Below, piece by piece: positions 53,803-63,544 of a DNA stretch of 64,000 nt. A program made the position numbers and the translations under genes. Source of the stretch: Planctomycetota bacterium (GTDB lineage Bacteria > Planctomycetota > UBA11346); assembly GCA_043775355.1 (NCBI GenBank), contig JAYVSL010000007.1, forward strand, positions 4,586-68,585. Direction: 5' to 3'. Below the pieces are notes generated by a model, which worked only from the letters and a program-made list of their open reading frames with translations, ran no database searches and was not told the DNA's origin. Numbering within the stretch: the first letter of the stretch is position 1; each line of letters starts with the position of its first letter.

Positions 53803-54642
53803 TCAGTTTCCTTGACGAACGATCTTCAACAGCGCTGAGAAATCTAGTTCACCAAGCCCTTGTTCTGCCGCCGCCGCATACGCACGTTCAACGGTTGCGG
53901 TTTCATCGAGGCGTAAACCAAGACTGGCAGCGTGCCGCAAGGCGAGACGCAAATCTTTATGCATGTGCTTAATAGAAAATTGCGGACTAAAGTCACCGCT
54001 CAAAAGTTTAGGCTTCTTCAGATCGGCGAGTCCGGACTTAGCCACGTTATAATCAAGAGCGTTGAACCACGCCGCTGGGTCAATGCCTGATCGACGAGCG
54101 AGCTCAAGTGATTCGATCATCGCTTGGTTAAGATTAGCGATTAGCAGATTGAAACTCAACTTGATGGCGCTGGCCTGACCGATGCGACCAATGGGTAAAA
54201 GTTGCTTGGCCAACGCGCGATAAACCACCTCAACTCGTGGCAATACCGCGTGATCATCACCAACGAAAAAAACATTCTGTCGCTGCTCTGCCGCCGGTTT
54301 GCTGCCGGTAAACGGCATATCAAGATACGCCGCACCACGCCCATGAACCGCAGCCGCGTACGCTGCGGTGTCATCAACGCCCACCGTGCTGTGCTGAGCA
54401 ACCACCAGCCCGGAAGTCAGCACCGGAATGATGCGTTCTAAGATCGACGCGACCGCTGGCGGATCTGCAACCACGATAGCAATGAGTTCCGCATCGCGCA
54501 CTGCCGTTACCAAATCCGCAGTAAAACCAGGCGCATCAGGCTTAGCACTGCGGTTCCACGTGCGGACCTGATGACCGTCAGCAGTCCAATGACGTGCCCA
54601 AACGCTGCCGATAATGCCAAGTCCAAGAACGGTGATGCGCAT
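53803..54642 (-). CDS. NAD(P)-dependent oxidoreductase, 3-hydroxyisobutyrate / 6-phosphogluconate dehydrogenase-like family
   Basis: Rossmann N-terminus MRITVLGLGIIGSVWA, then the typical YLDMPFTGS and a helical C-terminal domain. Confidence 0.75.
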   Translation of the reverse strand: MRITVLGLGIIGSVWARHWTADGHQVRTWNRSAKPDAPGFTADLVTAVRDAELIAIVVADPPAVASILERIIPVLTSGLVVAQHSTVGVDDTAAYAAAVHGRGAAYLDMPFTGSKPAAEQRQNVFFVGDDHAVLPRVEVVYRALAKQLLPIGRIGQASAIKLSFNLLIANLNQAMIESLELARRSGIDPAAWFNALDYNVAKSGLADLKKPKLLSGDFSPQFSIKHMHKDLRLALRHAASLGLRLDETATVERAYAAAAEQGLGELDFSALLKIVRQGN

Positions 54643-54787
54643 GCGTGAAGTTCCTTAGGCGAGAGTTTCGGAGATTGGCAAAGGTTTTGATGTTCGAAAG
54701 ACCCGGACCTGCGAAAGCCTTCGCAGGCGGACGAACTACGTTCTACCGGCTACGCGCTAAGGGCTACGGACAACTACAGTGCCTTCC

Positions 54788-54828
54788 GACATCGGACATC
54801 GGACATCAGACATCGGACATCGGACATA
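54788..54828. repeat. about six tandem 7-bp units (gacatcg)
   Basis: Read directly: gacatcg gacatcg gacatca gacatcg gacatcg gacata. It lies in the divergent intergenic region between the oxidoreductase and the oxygenase-like gene. Confidence 0.9.
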
Positions 54829-54887
54829 GAATGAGATTTGATGAAGATTTATCGCTGAATAAATGATCTTCCATGTGAGCTAAAACC

Positions 54888-55712
54888 ATGATAGAGAAAA
54901 CGATCATGACTACGTTCGCACTCTCATTTCCGATCGCTGGTTTACTCCTGCTATTGCTGAGCCTGCGCTGGCGCCAGAAAATCGTCTATGCCCGGCTACG
55001 CCAAGAACAGAACCACTTCGTCGGACGCGTCGCGACGGGTGCAGAGCAATGGTTCACCCCGCCCGAGATTCTCCCGTATTTTTCTCGTCGTTTAGTCAGC
55101 TTAAACGGATTGCTGCCTACGCCTATTTTTGAACACCTGCGCACCGTCGTCGCTGACACGCGCCAGGATGAACGCAGTTATATTCCTGGGCACAAGCAAG
55201 GCGGCACCATGAGTTACGAACACTTGCACCGACTTGCGCCTGAATTAGTGGCGTTTTATCAATCACATGTTTTGCGTGATCTGGTTTCAGGCTTGGTCGG
55301 CGTCCCGGTGATGATGACTCCTTTGCACGATCAGTCGTCTTGTTCATTGCTGGTTTATGATCGACCACGCGACCACATCGGCTGGCACTTTGATCATAAC
55401 TTTTATCGCGGTCGTCATTTCACTGTTTTGCTTTGTCTGATGAATGAAGATCGCGTGCACGGCGGACTTTCTTCCGCTCACCTACAAGCCCGCATCGATG
55501 GAGTGGAAGAAATCATTCCAACTCCGCCCAACACTTTGGTCGTATTTGAAGGAGCTCACGTTTTGCATCGCGTGACCGGCCTAGGACCAGAGCAAACCCG
55601 CATCCAATTAAGTATGACGTTCTGCACCGACCCCAGTGCGCCATGGTTCAAATCCGTCATTCGACGAATCAAAGATACAGCCTATTTCGGCATCCGAGCG
55701 TTGTGGAGCTGA
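54888..55712 (+). CDS. putative 2OG-Fe(II) oxygenase-superfamily protein with an N-terminal TM helix
   Basis: The TM helix is FALSFPIAGLLLLLLSL. A candidate HxD...H...RxS arrangement is WHFDHN, AHVLHRV, RIQLSMTF. Confidence 0.5.
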   Translation: MIEKTIMTTFALSFPIAGLLLLLLSLRWRQKIVYARLRQEQNHFVGRVATGAEQWFTPPEILPYFSRRLVSLNGLLPTPIFEHLRTVVADTRQDERSYIPGHKQGGTMSYEHLHRLAPELVAFYQSHVLRDLVSGLVGVPVMMTPLHDQSSCSLLVYDRPRDHIGWHFDHNFYRGRHFTVLLCLMNEDRVHGGLSSAHLQARIDGVEEIIPTPPNTLVVFEGAHVLHRVTGLGPEQTRIQLSMTFCTDPSAPWFKSVIRRIKDTAYFGIRALWS

Positions 55713-55811
55713 ACGGACCGACATTCACGAAAGATCGGTAAAATCCGCTTCGCCATCACCGCAGAGCCAATCGAGACAGGGCGAGGCATTCATTCCATCG
55801 ACCACGGCTTC
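55684..55811. repeat. left copy of the island-flanking direct repeat
   Basis: It matches 63545-63676. The first 24 nt are identical and the last 86 nt match at 76 positions (hand alignment). Confidence 0.85.
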
Positions 55812-56027
55812 ATCCCTTCGCGTTGAAGAAGAATCGATGTTCTATCGACAGTGGCCACGCGTCATCATTCCTGCGGGCCAGGCGGTGGCGCGTTCCGTGG
55901 CCTTCTATAGTCTCCCGCCCGGAGACCCACATGAGCCATGGCTGGATAGTTAGGTTCAGCCGACGTGGTTTCTACCCGAGCCCGATGAGCGCTGAGTCAT
56001 CAACCAACAACGTCAGCCGAAAATTCG

Positions 56028-58396
56028 ATGAGTAAAAAAGTCCTCAGCGAACGCGACATCTGCACCCAGTTCATCACCCCAGCGATCATCGCTCCAGGAA
56101 AATGAGATCTCACCACACAGGTACGTGAAGAAGTCTCGTTCACCAATGGCCGCATTCTGGTCCGTGGCAAGTTGGTAACACGCGGCAACAAGATGCGCGC
56201 GGATTATATTCTCTACCATCGTCCCAATCGCCCCTTGGCCGTGATTGAGGCTAAGGACAACAACCATTCGGTCGGCGCAGGCATGCAGCAGGCCTTGGAA
56301 TACGCCCTGGCGCTCGACATTCCGTTTGTCTACAGCTCAACGGCGATGCGTTTCTGGAACACGACCTCACGGCGAAGAAGGGCATCGTCGAACGCGAAAT
56401 TCCCCTCGATCAATTCCCGTCGCCTGATGAATTGTGGGCTCGCTATTGCGCGGCGAAAAACCTGACGCCGAAACAGGAACTGATTGCAACGCAGAACTAC
56501 TACGACGACGGCTCGGGCAAGGCCCCGCGCTATTATCAAACGGTCGCCATCAACCGCACGGTCGACGCTGTTGCTCAAGGGCAGAAGCGTTTGTTGTTGG
56601 TCATGGCCACCGGCACCGGAAAGACCTACACCGCTTTTCAGATCATCTGGCGCTTGTGGAAATCCGGCGCGCGTAAGCGCATTCTCTTCCTCGTCGACCG
56701 CAACATTTTGGCTGACCAAACCAAGACCAACGACTTCCGCCCTTTCGGCACGGCGCTGACCAAGATTACCAATCGACAGGTCAATAAAGCCTTCGAAATT
56801 TACATCGCGCTCTATCAAGCGGTCACCGGCAACGATGAAGACGCCAACATTTACAAACAGTTCAGCCCTGATTTTTTCGATCTGGTGATTATTGATGAGT
56901 GCCATCGCGGCAGCGCCGCCGATGACGCATCTTGGCGTCAGGTATTGGAGTATTTCACCTCGGCAACGCAGATCGGCTTGACTGCCACCCCGAAAGAAAC
57001 TACGGAAATTTCTAACATCGCGTACTTCGGCGATCCCATTTATACGTATTCACTCAAACAGGGCATCGCCGACGGGTTTCTCGCGCCATATAAAGTCATT
57101 CGCATCGGCTTGGATAAAGACCTCGACGGCTGGCGTCCGGAAAAAGGCCAAACCGATCGCGACGGCAATGTCATTCCTGATCGCGAATACAATGCTCGCG
57201 ACTTTGATCGCCAAGTGATTTTGACCAAGCGCACGGAAGTCGTCGCGGGGAAAATCACCGCCTTTCTCAAGGCCACCAATCGTTATCACAAGACCATTGT
57301 CTTCTGCGAAAATATCGATCACGCCGAACGTATGCGGCAAGCGTTGGTCAACGCCAACGCCGATTTAGCTGCCGATAACCCCAAATACATTATGCGCATC
57401 ACTGGCGATAATGACGAAGGCAAAGCCCAGCTCGATAACTTCATCGATCCTGAAAAGACTTACCCGGTGATCGCGGTGACCTCGAAGCTCATGACCACCG
57501 GCGTCGATGCGCAGACCTGTCAGCTCATCGTGCTGGATCAACGCATTCAATCGATGACTGAGTTCAAACAAATCATCGGTCGCGGCACCCGTGTGCGCGA
57601 AGATTACGACAAGCTGTTCTTCACCATCATGGATTTCAAACAGGCGACCGCGCTGTTTGCCGACCCTGATTTTGATGGCGATCCGGTGCAAATCTACGAA
57701 CCCAAAGATGGCGAGACGCTGGTGCCACCAGACAACGGGGATGATGGCACAGAAACCCCGGACGAAGCCGCCACTCGTCGCGCCGCCGAAATCGCTGCCG
57801 GACACATGCCAACTCGCACCGGGCCGGGAACCACACGTTACGTGGTTGATCATGTCGCTGTCACCATTGCGACCGAACGCGTGCAGTACCTCGACGCCAA
57901 CGGTCAATTGATCACCGAATCGCTGGTTGATTACACCCGCCGCAATATTCGCGGCACCTTCGCCAATCTGGATGCGTTCCTCACTCGCTGGCAGACCGCC
58001 GACCGTAAACAGGCGGTACTCGATGAATTGGCCACGCACGGTGTCTTCCTGGATGAAGTCGCCGCCACGGTGGGTCGTGACTACGACGCCTTCGATTTGA
58101 TCTGTCATATTGCCTATGACCGCCCGCCGCTGACTCGGCGTGAACGCGCCGCCGAAGTGCAGAAGCGCGATGTCTTTGCACGCTACGGCACTCAGGCCCG
58201 CGCAGTGCTGTCGGCTTTGCTCGACAAGTTCTGCGATGCGGGCATCAGCAGCGTCGAATCGATGGATATTCTCAAAGTCGATCCACTGCGTACCTTCGGA
58301 ACCCCGCTAGAGATTCTTAAGATCTTCGGCGGAAAAGCTGATTACCTCAAAGCCATTCGTGACCTCGAAAACGCCCTTTACCCACCGGCAGCCTAA
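56028..58396 (+). pseudogene. hsdR: type I restriction enzyme R subunit, disrupted (in-frame TGA at 56103-56105 and a 1-nt deletion near 56339)
   Basis: Three collinear pieces: MSKKVLSERDICTQFITPAIIAPGK*; DLTTQVREEVSFTNGRILVRGK...DIPFVYSS; frame shift; NGDAFLEHDL...YYQTVAINRTV...LLVMATGTGKTYTAF...IIDECHRGSA. The track shows ORFs 56172..56465 and 56432..58396. Confidence 0.85.
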
Positions 58397-58399
58397 TCC

Positions 58400-59866
58400 A
58401 TGTCCAATGTTTCCAATGTCGTCAAATCCATCCAAGACATCATGCGCAAGGACGCTGGCACGTACGGCGATGCGCAGCGGCTAGAGCAAATGGCGTGGCT
58501 GTTCTTCCTGAAAATTCTTGATGACCGCGAGAAAGAACTCGCCGAGTTGCGCGACGATTTCTAATCGTCGATTCCCAAGCATCTGCGCTGGTCGACCTGG
58601 GCAACGAATGCCGAGGGCATCACCGGCGGCGCGCTGCTCGACTTCGTCAACGATACGCTGCTGCCCAAATTGCAGAACATGACTGGGGGCAGTGACAAAA
58701 TCGGCAGCCTGATCCGCATGACCTTTGCTGATGCCAACAACTATATGAAAAATGGCACGTTGTTGCGGCAGGTGATCAACACCATCAACGACATCGATTT
58801 CAACGCGTCCGATGATCGTCATATGTTCGGCGACATTTACGAAAAGCTGCTGAAAGACTTGCAATCAGCGGGCAATGCCGGTGAATTCTATACCCCGCGT
58901 GCGGTGACGCAGTTCATTGTCGAACAGGTCAATCCCAGTTTGAAGAAGCGCGAAACGATTCTTGATCCTGCGTGTGGCACCGGCGGATTCTTGACCTGCG
59001 CTATCGAACATCTGCGCAAACAGGCCAAGACCGAGGCCGATGAGCAGTTTATTCAAGAGTGTTTCAGCGGCATCGAAAAGAAGCACCTGCCCCACGTGTT
59101 GTGCATGACCAATCTGATGCTGCACGGCATCGACGTGCCATCGAATGTGCGCCACGATAATACGTTGGCTCGTCCGCTGCGTGATTGGAGCCCCAAAGAA
59201 AAAGTCGATTGCATCGTCACCAACCCGCCGTTCGGCGGCATGGAAGAAGACGGTATCGAAGCGAATTTCCCCGCCGATTTCCGCACCCGTGAAACCGCTG
59301 ATCTGTTTCTGATCTTGATCATGAAATTATTGAAACCCGGCGGTCGGGCCGGACTCGTTTTACCCGATGGCACGTTATTTGGCGAAGGCGTGAAGACCCG
59401 CATTAAAGAAGAACTGCTGAAGGAATGCAATCTGCACACCATCGTGCGTCTGCCCAACGGCGTGTTCCATCCCTACACCGGCATTCGCACCAATCTGTTG
59501 TTCTTCACCAAGTCCGGCCAACCGACCAAAGAGATCTGGTACTACGAACATCCGTATCCGCCTGGGGCTAAAAGCTACAACAAGGGTAAGCCGATTCGTA
59601 TCGAAGAATTCGCAGGCGAGCGTGCGTGGTGGGGCACGGAAAAAGACGGCTTCAAATCGCGGGTGGAAAATGAGCAGGCGTGGCGCGTGTCGATCGACAC
59701 CATCAAGGCGGGAAATTTCAACCTCGACCTGAAGAATCCGCATAGTTCCGACACCGGCCCAGGCGACGTCGATCACTTGTTGCCGGAGTACGAAAAGTTG
59801 CTCGCGCAAATTGCCACGACGCGTGGGCTGTTGAAGGCCCAATTGATGGAGGCGCTTACCCGATGA
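58400..59866 (+). pseudogene. hsdM: type I restriction enzyme M subunit (N6-adenine methyltransferase) with an in-frame TAA at 58562-58564
   Basis: ATG 58400 gives MSNVSNVVKSIQDIMRKDAG...WLFFLKILDDREKELAELRDDF*. The same frame continues SSIPKHLRWSTWATNAEGITG... into track ORF 58670..59866, which has DPACGTGGF and NPPFGG. Confidence 0.8.
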
Positions 59867-61041
59867 AAAAGAAAGTCACGGCCCCGAAGAAAACCGTGCC
59901 CGCCAAAGTGAAAGCCGACGGCCTCACTCCGCTTGTCGCCGAGGTGCGCCAGCTCATCCAGTCCGCCCGCCGGGGCGTGGCGTCGGTGATTGATACGTTT
60001 CAGGTGATGACGAATTTCGAGATTGGCCGCCGCATCGTGGAGCATGAGCAGAAGGGCGAGAAGCGGGCGGGGTATGGAGCTGAACTGCTGAAGGAGCTTT
60101 CGGCCCGGCTCGCACAGGAATTCGGGAGAGGCTTTTCACCAGTGAATCTCTCTCATATGCGGCGCTTTTACCTAACTTGGCAGGAGCGAGTTCACATTTT
60201 TCAGACGCCTTCTGAAAAATTGGGATCGACCACGATTGCGCAGACACCGTCTGCGAAATTGCCCCGCACAAGGAAATCGCAGACACTGTCTGCGATTTTG
60301 ACTGCTCCTAAGCCGAAAAGCTTGCCGTTCACGCTCAGCTGGTCTCATTACGTCGAACTTCTTTCCGTCCAAAGCCCTGACGAGCGTCGCTTTTATGAAA
60401 TCGAGTCCACCAACGAGAGCTGGTCGCTGTCCGAATTAAAACGCCAGAAAGCCTCCTGCCTCTACGAACGTCTCGCCCTCAGCCGCAATAAAGCCGGAAT
60501 CAAACGTCTCGCCCGTGAGGGGCACATCATTACCAAACCCGAAGACCTGTTCAAAGAACCGGTCGTGCTCGAATTTCTCGGGCTTGATGAACGCGCCAGT
60601 TATTCTGAGTCTGATCTAGAATCTGCGCTGATTTCTCACCTCGAAAAATTCCTGCTCGAACTCGGCAAAGGTTTCCTGTTCGAAGCACGGCAGAAGCGCT
60701 TTACCTTCGACGGCGATCACTACTTCCTTGATCTGGTGTTTTATAACCGGCTCCTGCGCTGTTACGTCGTCATCGACTTGAAGCTGGACAAGCTCACTCA
60801 TCAAGATCTTGGTCAAATGCAGATGTACGTGAACCACTACGACCGCCACGTGAAGCTGGCCCAAGAAAAGCCCACCATCGGCCTGCTGTTGTGCAAAGAA
60901 AAAAAAGACGCCATCGTCAAACTGACCCTGCCCAAAGGCGCCAACATTCACGCCAAAGAATACCAGCTTTACCTGCCATCGAAGGAACTGCTCACCGCCA
61001 AACTCATCGAATGGACGCGTGACGCCAAGGCTGGCAAATGA
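59863..61041 (+). CDS. DUF1016 / YhcG-family PDDEXK nuclease-like protein
   Basis: N-terminus QLIQSARRGVASVIDTFQVMTNFEIGRRIVEHEQ. The PDDEXK-like core is DLVFYNRLLRCYVVIDLKLDKLTHQDLGQMQMYVNHY. It has ATGA overlaps with both hsdM and hsdS. Confidence 0.8.
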   Translation: MKKKVTAPKKTVPAKVKADGLTPLVAEVRQLIQSARRGVASVIDTFQVMTNFEIGRRIVEHEQKGEKRAGYGAELLKELSARLAQEFGRGFSPVNLSHMRRFYLTWQERVHIFQTPSEKLGSTTIAQTPSAKLPRTRKSQTLSAILTAPKPKSLPFTLSWSHYVELLSVQSPDERRFYEIESTNESWSLSELKRQKASCLYERLALSRNKAGIKRLAREGHIITKPEDLFKEPVVLEFLGLDERASYSESDLESALISHLEKFLLELGKGFLFEARQKRFTFDGDHYFLDLVFYNRLLRCYVVIDLKLDKLTHQDLGQMQMYVNHYDRHVKLAQEKPTIGLLLCKEKKDAIVKLTLPKGANIHAKEYQLYLPSKELLTAKLIEWTRDAKAGK

Positions 61042-62570
61042 AGTTGGAAACGTTTTTTGAAAAGTTCGACCAGTTCGCCGACGCGCCCGATGCGGTGGCG
61101 AAGATGCGGGAGCTGGTGCTGGAGTTAGCGTCAACTGGGAAATTATACCATGCCAATTCGACTGAGTGGAAAGAATGCACTTTAGGAGATGTGATCGAAT
61201 TAATTTCAGGACAACACTTACTGGGCAATGAGCATAACGAAGTTGGACGGGGAATTCCTTACCTTACGGGTCCATCAGACTTCGGAGATAAGAGTCCGAT
61301 TCCAACGCGCTGGACGGATCAGCCAAAAGTCACCGCACTTCCTGGCGACATTCTTATTACTGTGAAGGGATCGGGCGTTGGAAAAACAAATGTCCTTGTC
61401 GATCAATTAACGGCGATAAGTCGTCAGCTAATGGCCATTCGTGTAATGGGTGCTGACCCTGAGTTCGTGCATATTGTGCTTAAGCGAGCCGCCGAATACT
61501 TTCAAAATGCGAAAACTGGCATCGCGATTCCAGGAATCGGGCGGAGTGACGTTCTTGATTTAAAGATTGTTCTCCCGCCCCTCGCCGAGCAAAAGCGGAT
61601 CGTGGCGAAGGTGGATGAGTTGATGGCGTTGTGTGATCGGTTGGAGGCGCAGCAGCAGGAACGGGAAACGCGGCACGCCGCGCTCGCCCGCGCGGCGCTG
61701 GCCCGCTTTGCCGACGCGCCCACTCCGGCCAACCTCCCGTTCCTCTTCCATGCATCCTTCACTATTTCTCCTTCAGACTTACGAAAATCCATCCTCACCC
61801 TCGCCGTCCAAGGCAAACTTGTCCCCCAAGATACCAACGACGAACCAGCGGGGGAACTGAGCAAGTCGGACGAGGAGCTTGTTGCCCAATCCTCGTTCGA
61901 GATTCCGCATGGATGGATTTGGAACCGACTCACCCAACTCGCAGATATCAACGGCGGGTTCGCGTTCAAAAGCACAGACTACACGGACCAAGGAACGCGG
62001 GTCGTGCGAATCTCGGACTTCGATGAGTTTGGTTTTAAGGACCACAAAGTCGTTCGGCATCCATTTACGCCGGACTTGAAAAAATTCAGCCTCGTCCAGA
62101 ACAACATTTTGATGGCAATGACTGGTGGGACCGTTGGTAAAAGCCATCTGGTTAAATTGCTACCTGAGCCGATGGTCGTGAATCAGCGAGTTGCCGCGAT
62201 CAAGATCCTGGAAGGCGTGAATCCCAACTACATTGACATCGTTATCAGATCTGAAATGACCCAAGAAGTCATTCGGAAAGTGAAGAACTCCACAAATGAC
62301 AATATCTCGATGGGCGACATTAAGGGATTTGCAATCCCACTCCCACCCCTCGCCGAACAACGCCGGATCGTGGCGAAAGTGGACGAACTGATGGCCTTGG
62401 TGGACGCGCTGGAAACCCAACTCACCACCGCCCGCGCCACCGCCGCGAACCTCCTCGACGCCATCGTCGCCGAACTCACCGGCACCACCCGCGATCCCCG
62501 ATCCGCAACACGCTCATCATCATCCACCCCAGGCACCGGTCGCCGAGGCCGACCACGTAAAACCGCATGA
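61038..62570 (+). CDS. hsdS: type I restriction enzyme S (specificity) subunit, two TRDs, with a basic AT-hook-like C-terminal tail
   Basis: Two variable domains are each followed by the conserved helix LPPLAEQKRIVAKVDELMALCDRLEAQ / LPPLAEQRRIVAKVDELMALVDALETQ. The tail ends ...TPGTGRRGRPRKTA. Confidence 0.85.
   Translation: MKLETFFEKFDQFADAPDAVAKMRELVLELASTGKLYHANSTEWKECTLGDVIELISGQHLLGNEHNEVGRGIPYLTGPSDFGDKSPIPTRWTDQPKVTALPGDILITVKGSGVGKTNVLVDQLTAISRQLMAIRVMGADPEFVHIVLKRAAEYFQNAKTGIAIPGIGRSDVLDLKIVLPPLAEQKRIVAKVDELMALCDRLEAQQQERETRHAALARAALARFADAPTPANLPFLFHASFTISPSDLRKSILTLAVQGKLVPQDTNDEPAGELSKSDEELVAQSSFEIPHGWIWNRLTQLADINGGFAFKSTDYTDQGTRVVRISDFDEFGFKDHKVVRHPFTPDLKKFSLVQNNILMAMTGGTVGKSHLVKLLPEPMVVNQRVAAIKILEGVNPNYIDIVIRSEMTQEVIRKVKNSTNDNISMGDIKGFAIPLPPLAEQRRIVAKVDELMALVDALETQLTTARATAANLLDAIVAELTGTTRDPRSATRSSSSTPGTGRRGRPRKTA
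61572..61652 (+). repeat. hsdS conserved-region repeat, copy 1
   Basis: An 81-nt segment in direct repeat with 62350-62430. It encodes LPPLAEQKRIVAKVDELMAL.... Confidence 0.8.
62350..62430 (+). repeat. hsdS conserved-region repeat, copy 2
   Basis: An 81-nt segment in direct repeat with 61572-61652. It encodes LPPLAEQRRIVAKVDELMAL.... Confidence 0.8.
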
Positions 62571-62725
62571 ATAATTTGCGACCGTTTTTTATGGTCGCTA
62601 TTGTCTACATCACTATCACGCACATTCATAATTCATCGGTGTCGCCAGTATCCACGGCCACCGCCAACGATGGCCAAGGTCGCGATCAACACGATCTCAC
62701 GCTCTGCATTCGCTGAAAGCGCCCG

Positions 62726-63496
62726 ATGCCCAACGATCTCACCACTTCGCCCGTCGATCGTCAAAATATCCTCAACAATCCTTATGCCGTGGCCGAGATC
62801 GAAAAGGCCGTTGGTATGCGCGGCATCCTCTTCGAGGGCCGGTCGGTGGTGTTGAAGGAACAGATCGCCGTCTTCTTCGGCGTTGATCCTCGCACGATTG
62901 ACAATTATCTGGCTCATCATGGCCTTGAGTTGCGCCTGAACGGCTATGAGGTCGTTGGTGGTAAACGCTTGAAGGAACTCAATTTGGTGATTGGAGCCCG
63001 GGATGTCGACGAAACCAGTTTCGTCGACATCAGCAAGGCTCCCCAGTTGGGCGTTTTCGACCTGCGAGCCTTCCTCAATCTATCGATGTTGCTGGTTGAA
63101 AGCGAGCGGGCACGCCTGTTGCGCCAAGCCATTCTCGACATCGTTATCGACACCATCAATCAACGCACTGGTGGCGGCACTAAATATATCAATCAACGGG
63201 ACGAAGACTTCCTGCAATCAGCTTTTGTCGAAGAAAATTATCGCAAACAGTTCACCAGCGCCTTGAGCCGCGACGTAGATATGGGCAACTTCAAGTACGC
63301 GGTCTACACTGATAAAATCTATGTCAGTATTTTTCGCAAAAAAGCACAAGAGTACCGCAAGATCCTCAAACTAGAAAAACGTGATCAGCTGCGCGAGACC
63401 ATGTACGCGGAAGTATTGGATTTGGTCGCGTCGTTCGAAACCGGCATTGCTGACGCCATCACCAAGGAAGCTGCAACCCAGGGTTCTCGCGTCTAA
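62726..63496 (+). CDS. hypothetical protein at the distal end of the R-M islet (weak RhuM-like resemblance, unverified)
   Basis: 256-aa ORF with no motif I can assign firmly. The segments VVLKEQIAVFFGVDPRTIDNYL and RETMYAEVLDLVASFE are reminiscent of R-M-linked RhuM/COG3943-type proteins. Confidence 0.4.
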   Translation: MPNDLTTSPVDRQNILNNPYAVAEIEKAVGMRGILFEGRSVVLKEQIAVFFGVDPRTIDNYLAHHGLELRLNGYEVVGGKRLKELNLVIGARDVDETSFVDISKAPQLGVFDLRAFLNLSMLLVESERARLLRQAILDIVIDTINQRTGGGTKYINQRDEDFLQSAFVEENYRKQFTSALSRDVDMGNFKYAVYTDKIYVSIFRKKAQEYRKILKLEKRDQLRETMYAEVLDLVASFETGIADAITKEAATQGSRV

Positions 63497-63544
63497 TCAT
63501 GCAAATGCAGCACCTGTGGATCAGCAGTTCTAAGAATCTACGCG

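Larger units (their letters stand above)
55812..63544. mobile_element. about 7.7-kb inserted genomic islet carrying a (decayed) type I restriction-modification cassette; no recombinase gene
   Basis: Bracketed by the direct repeats. The cargo is hsdR, hsdM, a DUF1016 nuclease, hsdS and one unknown ORF. The flanks are the tail-to-tail ends of two chromosomal genes. Confidence 0.6.

Noticed and set aside
56103-56105. The in-frame TGA in hsdR as a recoding signal (Trp in genetic code 4/25, or selenocysteine).
   Set aside because: TGA clearly terminates other well-conserved genes in the window at their expected ends (e.g. the MCE protein, RR-PP2C, flgA). I saw no SECIS-like hairpin, and the same gene also carries a frameshift. 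Pseudogenisation is the simpler reading.
57365-58108. A 247-aa minus-strand ORF inside hsdR. Similar long antisense ORFs occur at 56330-56905, 30536-31159, 17122-17577, 2140-2631 and 4437-4958.
   Set aside because: They lie fully within, and antisense to, genes with strong family motifs. Their translations are low-complexity and Arg/Gly/His-rich with no recognisable motifs, which is typical of shadow ORFs in moderately GC-rich DNA.
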